This document shows, piece after piece, positions 23,432 to 35,084 of a DNA stretch of 64,000 nucleotides. A program made the translations under genes and the position numbers. The first letter of the stretch is position 1. Every line of letters begins with the position of its first letter. The notes below the pieces were generated by a model that had not been told where the DNA came from, searched no databases, and saw only the letters and a list, made by a program, of their open reading frames with translations. Source of the stretch: Mobula hypostoma (Eukaryota); NCBI RefSeq assembly GCF_963921235.1, contig NC_086097.1, forward strand, positions 184,886,001-184,950,000. The letters run 5' to 3'.

Positions 23432-25290
23432 TGGCAAACTATGCCTGTCTTTTCATTAGCTATGCAGAATTGTTCATGTAACAAGCCTTTCCTGGTAATG
23501 CTCCCTAACTCTTCCTTCACTACATTGATGATAGCATTGGTGTTGCTTCATGCACCCATGCTGAGCTTGTCAATTTCGTCATTTTTACCTCCAACTTTCT
23601 CCCTGCCCTTAAATTCACTTGGTCCATTTCTGATATTTCCTTCCCCTTTCTCAATCTCTTCATCTCCATCTCTGGAGACAAACAGTCCACCAGCATCTTT
23701 TATAAGCCTACCAATTTCCACAGCTATCTTGAATACTGGGTGGTGGGGTGGAGTTACGTTTCTACCAAAGGAAGTGTAAGGTGCTCCTTCCTTCCACTAG
23801 CCTGCAGATCGCCCTTGAGGCTCACGTGAAGCCATAGGAGCAGGTGGTGGATGGTCCTATGAATACCTGGTGCATATCACAAGTCCTGGTTATGCAACCA
23901 CTGATGCAAGGCAGACAATTTCTGAAGAGTATTGATATAGCTGGGATCACCTGTCTTGTAAAGACACTGCCTAGAAGAAGGCAATGGTAAACCACTTTTG
24001 TAGAAAAATTTGCCAAGAACAATCATGATCTTGGAAAGACCTTGATTACTCATGTCATGCAACATGGCACATAATGAATGAATGAATCTTGACTATACTG
24101 CTTTCCAACATCTGCAAAAATGCCATCCCTATTTCACAGTTCCTTCTTCTCCCCTGCATTGGTTCTGAGGATGAAGCTTTCCTTTCCAGAACATCAGAGA
24201 TATTCTCCTTCTTCAAAGAACTGGATTTCCCCTCCTCCACCACTGATGCTGCCTTCATCTCCTCCATTTCCCGGACATCTGCACTCGATCCATCTTTTTG
24301 ATGCCTTAACAGGAATAGAGCTCCTCTTGTCCTAAACTACCACCCCATGAGTCTCTGCATCCAACACATCATGCTCTGCAACACCTGCCATCTCCAAAGG
24401 GACCTTACCACCATATAACTTTACCTACATCCCACTCTTTGCTTTCCACAGGGATTGCTCCTACCGTGATTTCCTAGTTCATTCATCTTCTTCCACCCCA
24501 CTAATCTCCCCTCTTGTACTAGTCCCTGCAAACGGCCGAAGTGCTACAGCTGCCCATTCACCTCCATTCAGGGCCCCAAAGAGACCTTCCAGATGAGGCA
24601 ACACTTCACCTGTGAATCTGTTGGGGTCGTCTATTGCATCCAGTGCTCCCAATGCAGCCTTCTCTACATTGGTGAGACCCTTAATAAATTGGGGAACTGC
24701 TTTGTTGAGCGTCTCTGCTCCATTCACCAAAAGCAGAATTTCCTGATGGTCAATCATTTTAATTCCTATTGCTAGTCCTGTTCCAACATGATGGGTCATG
24801 GCTTCCTCTTTCGCCATGATGAGGCCACTTTCAAGGTGTAGGAGAAATAACTCATATTCCATCTGGGTAGACTCCGACCTGATGACATGAACATTGAATT
24901 CTCTTTGGTATTTTTCCCCCTGCTCCCTTCCTCTGCTTCTATTCCACAATCTGGTCTCTTACCTCTTCTTATCTGCCTATCACCTCCCCTTTGTGCCCCT
25001 TTTTCTTCCATTTATCCCATGTTCCACTCACCTCTCCGATCAGATCCCTTCGTCTCCAGCACTTTACCTTTCCCAGCCACTTGGCTTCACCTATCACCTT
25101 CTAGCTATCTTATTTCCCCTATCTTTTATTCTGGCATCTTCCCTCATCCTTTCCAGTCCTGAAAAAGAGTCTCAGCATGAAGCATCAAAGCGTTATTCAT
25201 TTCCATAGATGATGCCTGACCTGCTGAGTTCCTCCATCATTTTGTGTATGTTGTTTTAGATTCCCAACTTCTGCAGAACTTTTTATGTTT
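23432..25290 (+). mobile_element. Penelope-like element (RT 3' half, GIY-YIG endonuclease, terminal repeat), degraded
   Basis: YACLF and YIDD (TACATTGATGAT at 23521). ORF 24593..24775 HFTCESVGVVYCIQCSQCSLLYIGET...HFN is a GIY-YIG domain. C-terminal GRLRPDDMNIEFS. Pyrimidine-rich UTR and terminal repeat with a decayed hammerhead at 25155-25190. Confidence 0.9.
23738..24085 (+). mobile_element. Short non-autonomous retroelement with an RTE/BovB-type 3' segment, inserted in the Penelope RT
   Basis: Starts GGGTGGTGGGGTGGAG and contains the Bov-A/Sauria-SINE-like GAAGAAGGCAATGGTAAACCAC. Tail (AATG)n. TSD ATCTTGAATACT (23726-23737) / ATCTTGACTATACT (24086-24099). Confidence 0.7.
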
Positions 25291-25349
25291 ATAATCCTAC
25301 ATTAATCCTGTTTCATCTTTCTCACCACCACAACCCCACCTAGATTCTA

Positions 25350-25566
25350 ACACTCAGTAACACACTGGTGCCAATCTACAGTGACCAATTAATCTGGCAA
25401 CCAACACGTTTTTGGGTTGTGGGCAGAAGCCAACATAGCAAGAGGAAACTTGTGCAGTTTCAGACAATGTAGAAACTGCCCAGAGAGCACCAGCAGAATG
25501 AATTTAACCCAGAACACTTGAGCTTTGTGGCAGCAGCTCTTCCAACTTTCTACCTGCACCACCCAG
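25350..25566 (-). mobile_element. HE1/V-SINE-like SINE, decayed
   Basis: The reverse complement reads TGGTGCAGGTAGAAAGTTGGAAGAGCTGCTGCCACAAAG...GGGTTAAATTC and later CCCACAACCCAAAAACGTGTTGGTTGCCAGATTAATTGGTCACTGTAGATTGG. Same family as 12650. Confidence 0.65.
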
Positions 25567-26938
25567 CCTATCCAGTCTTTCACACTAGCCTTTATCTGCT
25601 ATTTATTCCCTTGCAATACTACTTTCTTGTGAGCTCTACAGATGCAATATGCAATTTCAATGAAAGTAGCACTGAAATCCAACTTAGGTTTCAAAATAGA
25701 AAGTAAGATGGTACCGAGCTATGTATTAGATATTTAAGTGACAATTCAAGTCTAGGAGCTAAAATCTTCAATACACTTTGACCAATTATAAGCTATTTTT
25801 GACAGTAAGAATCTATGGGATGAATTTACTTACTACATTAGACTAACCGTACATGCTGATTGTGAATAAAAGGATGATAATTTTGTGAGTTTGAGTTAAT
25901 TGAATTGCGCTAACATTTGTCTACACTCCTAAAATTTCTCCTGGGAATAAATATTTCTAATGTATTTTAACACTCAGACTGCATTAATGTTTTTTTTTTG
26001 CTTGCTAACTGCTTGTTAAGCAGCAATTAATATGGAATGTGCAAATTTGCTTACAATTTACGTAATTCCTACATTGCATTAATTTCTCATGCTTATATCT
26101 GACATTAAAATATTGGAGAAAATTGGACGATTTCCAGTGGTGCATAGAGGGAAATATTATTTAAATATTTTAATGAACTTGAAACATGGACACTGTATCA
26201 TGTCTAACGTTACAAGATGCTTTTGTGAAGAGTTGCAAAGAAAGAAAGCAAGGCACCACAGGGCAGGAAATCACAGACTGTCGAAGGGAAACTTTCAGTA
26301 TTACTCAGTGGTGTGTGACTGATCAATGGATCCAAAGAAGCTAGCTCTTGAACTAACTTCACTTACTAATAGGACATCATCAGACGCACTACCCCTGTCT
26401 GAAGTGAGTCCAACTGCACTGATGTCCCTCCGGTTTGTGCCAGTTTAGAGTGCTGAATTGAGAGTATAACACCAGCGTCCTCCTTTAGGACTTACTGATT
26501 TAAAAGACAATAGGATGAATGCATTGGATTTCATTACAAGTAGTTACAATATGTCTGTATAATACAGAGAATAGTTGTATTATCTTTGCATATTTTCTGG
26601 CAACATATAATTTTCTTTTCAAATGAGACTCGATATACTTGTTAGTACCAAGGAAACCTTGACCGTATCAATGTTTTAGTTCTATTGACATTCATTCAGG
26701 GCCTCTTATAGTAACAATGTGCCTTGGCTGAATGTAACCTCCAAAGTATATCAAATATTTGGGAGCTGAGCAGAGAAAAGCAGAGGGTAGGTCAACGATG
26801 TAAAATTGACAGATCTAACAGTATCACATCAAGGTAGCACTGAACACGAGGAATTCTGCAGATGCTGGAAATTCAAGCAACACACATCAAAGTTGCTGGT
26901 GAACGCAGCAGGCCAGGCAGCATCTCTAGGAAGAGGTA

Positions 26939-26976
26939 CAGTCGACGTTTCAGGCTGAGACCCTTCGTCAGGACTA
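26939..26976 (-). ncRNA. Minimal type-I hammerhead ribozyme motif
   Basis: Minus strand UAGUC-CUGACGA-AGGGUCUCAGCCU-GAAA-CG-UC^GACUG. Both conserved core boxes, helix I and helix II are present, with a GUC cleavage triplet and a loop-less palindromic helix III (ACGU). Confidence 0.8.
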
Positions 26977-27201
26977 ACTGAAGGAAGAGATAGTAAGAGG
27001 TTTGAAAGTGGGAGGGGGAGGGAGATATCCAAAATGATAGGAGAAGACAGGAGGGGGAGGGATGGAGCCAAGAATGGACAGCTGATTGGCAAAAGGGATA
27101 TGAGAAGATCATGGGACAGGAGGCCCAGGGAGTAAGAAATGGGGGAGGGGGGGAAATCCAGAGGATGGGCAAGGGGTATAGTCAGAGGGACAGAGGGAGA
27201 A

Positions 27202-27414
27202 GTCATAGTCATAGTCATAGTCATACTTTATTGATCCCGGGGGAAATTGGTTTTCGTTACAGTTGCACCATAGGTAATAAATAGTAATAGAACCATAAAT
27301 AGTTAAATAGTAATATGTAAATTAGGCCAGTAAATTATGAAATAAGTCCAGGACCAGCCTATCGGCTCAGAGTGTCTGACCCTCCAAGGGAGGAGTTGTA
27401 AAGTTTGATGGCCC
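27202..27414 (-). mobile_element. Rex1-type LINE 3' end nested in the Penelope UTR
   Basis: Encodes AIKLYNSSLGGSDTLSR-stop, then AATAAAG and a (TATGAC)n tail. AGAA on both sides (27198-27201, 27415-27418). Confidence 0.8.
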
Positions 27415-27694
27415 AGAAAAAGGAGAGAGAGAGAAAGAATGTGTGTATAAAAATAAGTAACAGATGGGGTACGAGGGAGAGGTGGGGCATTAGCAGAAGT
27501 TAGAGAAGTCAATGTTCATGCCATCAGGTTGGAGGCTACCAACACTGAAATGGGAATTTCAGACTGGGAACCCTTCAGCAAACAGCTCTATCTGTCAACA
27601 AATTTTCTTCATTGATATGTGTGTCTACCTTCAAAAACTTCTAGTAAAATATCTGCAGTGTCCTCCTTAATTCTCATTTGCTTCACTTTCAGTA

Positions 27695-28850
27695 ATGTGT
27701 TCACTAAATTTGTCTTGTGGGCATACTCAATAATCAATAGTAGATTAATAATCATAATAGACTCAAGGAAAAGACTGCACCAACGCCATTCATCCAGTGT
27801 GCAAAGGAAAACAAACTGTGCATATACAAACAAAAAAGATGTAAAAATAATAAATGAATAAGCAAAAAATAACCGGGATCTTGAGATGAAGCGACCATGA
27901 AAGAGAGTCCACAGGTCGCCGGAACATTTCAGTGATAGGGCAAGTGAAGTTGAGTGAAGTTATTCCCTTAGGTCCAAGAGCCCAAGGTTGAGGGGTAATA
28001 ACGGTTCCTGAGCTTGGTGGTGTGAGTCCTGAGGCTTCTGTACCTTCATCCTGTCCTGATAGTAGCACACAAAAGAGAGCAGATCTTGGTGATGGGAGTC
28101 CCTGATGATGGATGTGGCTTTCCTATGACAATGCTTTATATAGATGTGCTCAATGGTGGGGAGGGCTTTACCTGTATTGACTGGGCCACATCCACTACTC
28201 TTTTGTAGGATTTTCCATTCGAGGGTATTGGTGTTTCCATACCAGTCTCTGATGCAGCCAGTCAATATACTCTCCACCACATGTCAATAGATGTTTGTCA
28301 AAATTTTAGATGTCATGCCAAATCTTTGCAAACTACTAAGGAAGTTGAGGCACTGCCATGCTTTCTTTGTAATCGTTCTTACGTGCTGGGCCCAGGACAG
28401 GTCCTCTGAAATAATAACACCGAGGAATTTTAAAGTTGCTGACTGTCTCCACCTCTGATCCTCTGATGAAGACTGAGTCATAGAGCTCTGGTTTCCTTCT
28501 CCTGTGTCTATAATCAGTTCCTTGGTCTTGCTGACATTGAGTAAGAGGTTGTTGTTATTTCACCATTCAGCCAGATTTTCAATCTCCCTCCTAAATGCTG
28601 ATTCGTCACCACCTTTGATTCGACCTACGACAGTAGTGTCTTCAGCAAACATGAATATGGCATTGGAGCTGTGCTTAGCCATACAATCATAAATGGAAAG
28701 CGAGTAGAGCAGGGGACTAAACACACAGCCTTGTGGTGTACCTGTGCTGATGGAGATTGTGGAGAAGATGTTGTTGCCCATCCTAACTGACTCGGGTCTG
28801 CAAGTGAGGAAATCAAGGATCCAATTGTCCATGGAGGTATTGAGGTAAAG
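27695..28850 (-). mobile_element. 5'-truncated Rex1/Babar LINE
   Basis: [62 protein letters not shown]. Confidence 0.9.
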
Positions 28851-29084
28851 TTCTGAAGCCATCCAGCCACACAATGCTGAATGGTAATTTGCTTTGGCAG
28901 AAATATTTATTAATCCGAAGTAACTATTTATTACTCTGAAAAAGATTCATATGTAGCAATGCAAACGAACTGCTAAATCTAGGCATAGATATTATCATGG
29001 TCAAAGGCAGTGTCTATATTGTTGACCTAGTCTTTCTTTCATATCAGACATATTTTCCAACACGCATCAGTTCTCTTTGAGGTG

Positions 29085-29732
29085 TCAGCAGTGGAAAGAG
29101 TGAGCAGGTTCAAGTTGCTGGGTATAAGCATCTTGAAGGATCTGTCCTGTGTCTTGGGCCCAATACATTGATACAATCACAAGCAAAGCATGCCAGTGGC
29201 TCTACTTCATTGAGAGTTAGGGAGATTCAGTATGTCACAGAAGTCCCTTGGAAATTTTTAGAGATGTATGATGGAGAACATTCTGGCTGGTTGCATCACC
29301 ACCTGGTATGGAGATCCAACATGCAGGATTGAAAGAGGCTGCAGAGGGTTATGGATTCCCCTGTCTTCATCACAGACACAACTCTTCCTACTATCAAGGA
29401 TATATTCACGAGCTGGTGCCACAACGCAGCAACATTCCTCATTAAGGGCCCTCACCATTCAGGACATGCCTTCTTCTCATTACATCCACCAGTGAGGAGG
29501 CAAAGCAGCCTGGAGGTCTACACTCATTGTTTTAGGAAAAGCTTCTTCTCCTCCACCAGCAGATTTCTGACAGTCCAAGAACACATGCATGCTATTTCAT
29601 TAATCCTCTTTTGCGGTATTCATCAACTTTTGGTAACGTAGAGTATTTTATTTCTAGTTCTATATTATTGCTACAGAGCAACCAACTTCACTGCATACTG
29701 TATGTCAATGACAATAAACCTGATTCTGATTT
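29085..29732 (+). mobile_element. Rex1/Babar LINE 3' fragment
   Basis: ENILAGCITTWYG, FRKSFFSSTSRFL, tail AATAAACCTGATTCTGAT. Confidence 0.88.
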
Positions 29733-30904
29733 TTATCTGTCCCTTTAGTCAACTACAATATGACAGCACTTACACCCAAAGGCAAGGCTTTCTCCAAGTG
29801 AATTTAATATAAGAGGTGCAAAGGAACTCACTGCTTTGTTTTAAATAAGAAACATTGCACCCAAGAGTTGTTTTTATTAAGCATGATAGCCAATTAATCC
29901 TGAAACAATTTCAGCCATGAACATTAAAGAAGAAAATCCCAACTAATGGATGGGCATGTTAAGTGGCTGAATTGGTCTCTACACCGATTTAGGAAATAGT
30001 CTAACTGCAATCTTGACTAACAAAACAAATGGTTTAACAAGTTAGTTCCCAAAGTAAATAAAATTACTGACTATACATTTACATTGTGCAATAAATACAT
30101 TGGGAAGACCTTTGACTGAAAGATTGTTGGGGCAAATCAAGTTCACTATGGCTGAAGATTCAGAAGACCCTGTTAGCTGCTTGAAGGTTAATTGTGTCCT
30201 AGACTTAAGTGGAGCCACTGTAAATCTGGGATGACCTGAATGACAGATGCCAACACACTTGCTCCATTGCTGATGCCATCTGGAGTCTGGTAATAGAATC
30301 CGAAGATATGGGGATTCCACAACAACATACTGGAGATCCACCTCCCTGATCCTAAAACCCAACAGACCAATTGGAGAATAAAATTCTAATGTATTTGATT
30401 GGAGTTTCAAGAACTGAAGATTAGGAAGAAACAGATCAGTTATCTATTTAAATATTTCTAATTATTCATTTGAACTTTTAACTTTTAACAAATGGTACAG
30501 GTTTGAATTTATATATGTTTGCTTTCTCAATTATTTAAAACATTTTAAATATGTATGTATATAAAGTTTCCCCACTTTGATAAAAAATGGATCTCTGTCC
30601 CGAGCTTTGTTTCCTGTCAAGAGCTGCCAGGCTATCCTGGGAGGCCTCAGTGAATTACCAGCTGAGTCTTTGTTGATGCTAAAGCCTTGTTGCAGTTTAC
30701 CCCGGCTCTGGAAGCCCACAAAGACTCCGGTCATAAGTAAAAATCAGAGCTTGAGTTGAGTCTGGGTGATAGGCTATCACAATTTGGTTCAATTAATAAA
30801 TACCTGTATTATTTATTAATTCTCTAGATTGTGTTGTAGTGGGTATTTTATATATTAAAGGTCTGATTTACAAAAGATAAATTACTATACATGAATTATG
30901 CATA

Positions 30905-30977
30905 ACTTAATGGCTTGAGCAACATCTACAGAAGGAAAGGAATTGTTGACGCTTTGGGGCAAAACCTTGTATCAGGA
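30905..30977 (-). mobile_element. Short Penelope terminal-repeat remnant with decayed hammerhead
   Basis: Minus strand TCCTGATACAAGGTTTTGCCCCAAAGCGTCAAC aligns with the 26939-26976 motif. Confidence 0.5.
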
Positions 30978-31478
30978 TAAATTACTGAACAAAGTCTCTT
31001 ATAAAACAATTTATTTCTTTTCTTTTGGTATTCCCATAGGTTTTCGGACTTCCATTCCAGTTCACTGTATTCTGAGTTGACTGATTAGGCCAATATGTAC
31101 TTAGATCGTATCACAGTGGGAAGTGTAAGAGGAGCGTGACAGGATGAATCAGTGGGCAATTTGGGAGTCCACGTACAGTACTCCCTCCGCTATTTACACC
31201 TGGCCTCTGTGTACCCTCAGTAAATGGACTCCTCATGGTTCTCAGTGCCATCTCAAATGTCCTTTCTACATTCTGAGAGGTTTTTGATCAGGGATTTCCC
31301 TGAGTTAGGGAGAATGCTGCACTTTGAGAATATCTTTTAACAGTTTCTTCTGCCTGTCTGATAATCCACTTCATTACAGAACTTGAAGCAGAGTGTGTGT
31401 TTCAGAAGTCTAGTGCTGGATATGTGAATGACATGGTCTGCCCATTGTGACACATGTGACACACACAAAATATGGTCT

Positions 31479-31481
<3 letters not shown>

Positions 31482-31537
<56 letters not shown>
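31482..31537. repeat. (AC)n microsatellite
   Basis: About 28 perfect AC units. Confidence 0.97.
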
Positions 31538-31539
<2 letters not shown>

Positions 31540-32775
31540 CTACCTCATTGGAGCTGGCTGAGTTTAAGTATGGCCTGAATGCTGGTGAGGTTGGTTTGCT
31601 TACCCTTCCAGTGTATTTGGTGCGATATCTCCTGAGCTTTAAAATGCCTGTAGTAGATAGTAGTCTCTGAAGCAAACAGGAGGGTAGAGATCATTGCTGC
31701 CTTGTGTATGCTAGGTTTGGGGCTCTTGATCTTTGAACAGATCGTCAGCTGCTGGGATGCTACACAGAAGGCAATAATGAATTTCATCATCGATATCTGT
31801 CTTGTACTGGGAGGTTGCTCCTGAGACACAAGATGTGGTCCATGTTTATCAGGGAGTTCTCATAGATTGTCAGAGGACAGTGTCGTACAGTGGGGTAAGA
31901 CTGGTCAAGGACATATTTTGTAGCTTGATGCCCCAGTATCTTGTATCCTTCAGTGATGGTCTTCAATGATGACTTTGAGCTCTCACTCTGGGTGTGTATA
32001 TATGTACTGCACTTGGCTGGGAGTTTGGGTGACATTTCTGGAGTTCAGGGACAATAGTTTGAATGGTTTCCCACTTGTTCTGTAAATCAGCTCTACTCCA
32101 TGAAGCAACTTGATAGCAAGTGAGCTGCAAAAGTTTGACACGAAAGAGTGAGGAGTGTGTTGGGTGAAGATGCAGCCCTGATTGAAATCAGTCTTTACTG
32201 ATTTTGAGTCTGTTGTGGGCATATTGGTTAAGATCATAGGCTGCAGGGAGCAGAATGAAGATGGAGCTAAATTTCTGAAGGCAGTCAAATTTGCTCCACG
32301 GTACCTCTTGATTGACACAGTCAAATGTTACTAGGTCCATCCTTACTGCCGCTTCAGGATAACAAGTAGTCTACAAGGTTATATGCCAGTCAATAAACAA
32401 CAAAGCTTCAGGAACAAATTATGTCCTGAAAATATGAAGCGAGAAACTTTAGTTACAACCTTACCTCCCACTTCTTGGAAGAGGAAAGCATATCAGAGAA
32501 TTTATTCAAGGATGCAGATAATTCTGGACAAACTGCTAAAGGATACAACTGCTGTCTCCACATGCAGTATTATTAATGTGGTCTTCCACAAATGGTTCGT
32601 CTCTGGGACCAAGATGTTGCTCCCAAAACCACAGTATGGATTCCCTCCATCTGGAACACAATGGATATGTGCTTTGCCATGCAACAGCTCCAAGAGAAAT
32701 GTTGGCAGCAGAATGGCCAACTCTGTAGGGTCTTTCAGGACCTCACAATAGCATTAGGTTCCATCAATCAACTAG
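31540..32775. mobile_element. Old RTE-type LINE RT in two oppositely oriented pieces
   Basis: Minus piece 31540-32340: VKTDFNQGC, GVELIYRTSGKPF, ISTLLFASET. Plus piece 32360-32775: NNKASG, PKPQYGF, MDMCFAMQQLQEKC, DLTIALGSIN. Confidence 0.7.
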
Positions 32776-34944
32776 TATTACTGATATCTAAAACAAAGCA
32801 TTGAAACAAAAAGAGTTTTATAGCTTTCAAGGAAAGTATAAATTGTCTTTTAATGTCTTTATTCAAGTTTTTTTTGAAATATCTCACAAAAGCCTACGCA
32901 CCGATTTAACATTATATGACCAAAGCAGAGGCCCAGATCTGAACTTGCTTTATGCAATCTGAGTGCGTACTGCGCAGTGTTTACTAGAATACATCAATGG
33001 AGTTCAGTCAGCTGCACTGATGAAAAATAACCTTTCTTCCATCTAGCCTTATTTCAAATAATTAGCAAGAAAACAGATTTCAAAAGCCTTATGGAATGCA
33101 AGATGAATGTTTCCCTGAAAAAGAGGGTGCATTATTCAAAGAAAATCAATGGCATTTTCATTTTAAGAGAGATTGAGACAAAAACCAACAGGTGTTCTAA
33201 TTACACACCTGTGGTATTTTCTGTTATTTGTTGTTAGCTAAGTATTTTGAAAGATAATGAAATCAGAGAAAGGATAAGTAATTAAATTTAGGTTTAGGTG
33301 GAATCTGTGGAAGGTTATTTTTCCAGATGATGGTCTTCCATCTATTTTTTAGGATATCTCAATCTTCCAAAATGAAACTGAATTTTTATCTTTCAGCAAA
33401 AAAGTCAACGATGACTTGGAATTCTCCCTCTGACCATGCATATATGTACTGCAGAACAAAATATTTACAGGGCAAGAACTCTGTCATGATAGCTAGCAGA
33501 AGCAGGTGACAGATCATTAAATGAGGCAGGATACATTCTCCACTCCTATCCAGCCCTAATTACTGCAGTCACAGCAAAGCCTCTGGTAGGTTGCTGGCCT
33601 ATTGACCTGGAGGGGATGGGTAAACAGGAAATATAAAACAGAGAGAAGAGGGCTAGGATATTGTAACTGTGAATGCAGATCACATTCTGCAACGTGTGTA
33701 TAGAATAAGAAGCTCAGAAACCAAGAAATTATGGATAGTCCCAAGGGTTCAGAGACACTGGAGATTGTTGTTGAGCTGGGGATTTTTGCACCAGCAGATT
33801 AATTGGTGGAAGGGAGAGTTGGTGGTGGGGGAGGGGGGGTGGTGGTGGTTAAAATGGAAAGATTAGATTCTTGTTAGAGGTTCAAAGCTGGCAAATAAAA
33901 CTAGGTGTGATCACAGTTTTAAGGATTGAGCACAGACTATGGCTGGCAGAGCTGCCTGGAGATTCAGATTGCTGGGGGTAGGGAGGCTCTTTTAATAAAG
34001 AGAAGAAGAGTGCCTTAGGGTGATCCACTGAGCGTCCAGCTTTAGGCTGCAGTTTATCTTGAGAGCACAGTGATGCTGGGTGTCACCAGGTCAACATGGT
34101 TCAAGTTTCCTCGCAATGCTCCAAAAATAATATTTTAAAAAATCATTGCGCAGAAATATTGTTATCATTGTCTCTGAGTCACAAAGTTAATGATGAGGAG
34201 AATGTTCAAACTAGCTAAGATTTCCAATGATACAAAATGCCCCAAGAAATGTCATTAACTCTGAAAATCCATATTCAGTTGCATCATTTCAAAAATGCCA
34301 CATTTAGTACTGGTAGACTACCTCTTTATATTTTCTCCTGCTTGGTAGTATTACTGTAAGCCTTTTCATCAGAGGACCATCCCTTCAGCCCTAGTTACAG
34401 CCACTGCAAAAGGTTGATCTATGGGTCACTACAGCCACTCCCACTGGCTGTAGTCACCCGCAGCAGCCAGCGGTGACCCACAGATCAGGCAACAAAAATA
34501 GGACACAGTCTTAAGTCCAATCCCTTTCCATGCCTGCTTTCTCAATACTTGTCTATGTTAATGTAACATATAAGCAATCTACATTACAAAAACAATTACT
34601 GAAAGTATGGTCACAAATTAACACAACACTCATGGTTTGCCAAAGCATGTCCCTTATGTTCTGGCTCCCTCATGTCCATCAGTCCTGGATCCAGCCAGAG
34701 GGCAGGTGTTCCTTGTTCACTTTTCCTGCAATTAAATTGCTCGTGGCTGACTGTGTCCTTTGGTTTGCCTGTGAGGATGAGAAGAATATGAGTCATAATG
34801 AATAACTTGAGTCCAATGTTTCCACTGGCAGCTTCGCCAGGTCTGCATAGTCACAGGTTTCACTAATTAGCTGCACCACCTGCGGCTCGTCCACCTAGGG
34901 GAGAACCCTGCCTATTCAGGCAGTTCCCTTACCTTTGTTGCAAT

Positions 34945-35075
34945 TAGTATTACAATTGTACAAGTCATTGGTGAAACCACACTTGAGGTGTTCTAGTCAG
35001 CTTTATGAAGGATGTCGTTAAGCTAGAAAGGGTGTGGAAAAGATTCATGAGGATGTTACTGAGACTGGAGGACTG
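34945..35075 (+). mobile_element. CR1 ORF2 fragment
   Basis: LQLYKSLVKPHLR...KDVVKLERVWKRFMRMLLRLE-like sequence. Confidence 0.7.
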
Positions 35076-35084
35076 CTTCTACAT

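Larger units (their letters stand above)
26845..27540 (-). mobile_element. Young 5'-truncated Penelope element (GIY-YIG C-terminus, UTR, terminal repeat)
   Basis: Minus strand encodes GSLQPDGMNIDFSNFC-stop. The terminal repeat retains its CpGs. Probable TSD CACTGAA (26838-26844, 27543-27549). Confidence 0.9.

Noticed and set aside
31337..31675. ORFs with VCVCVC / THTHTH runs
   Set aside because: Translation of the (AC)n microsatellite.
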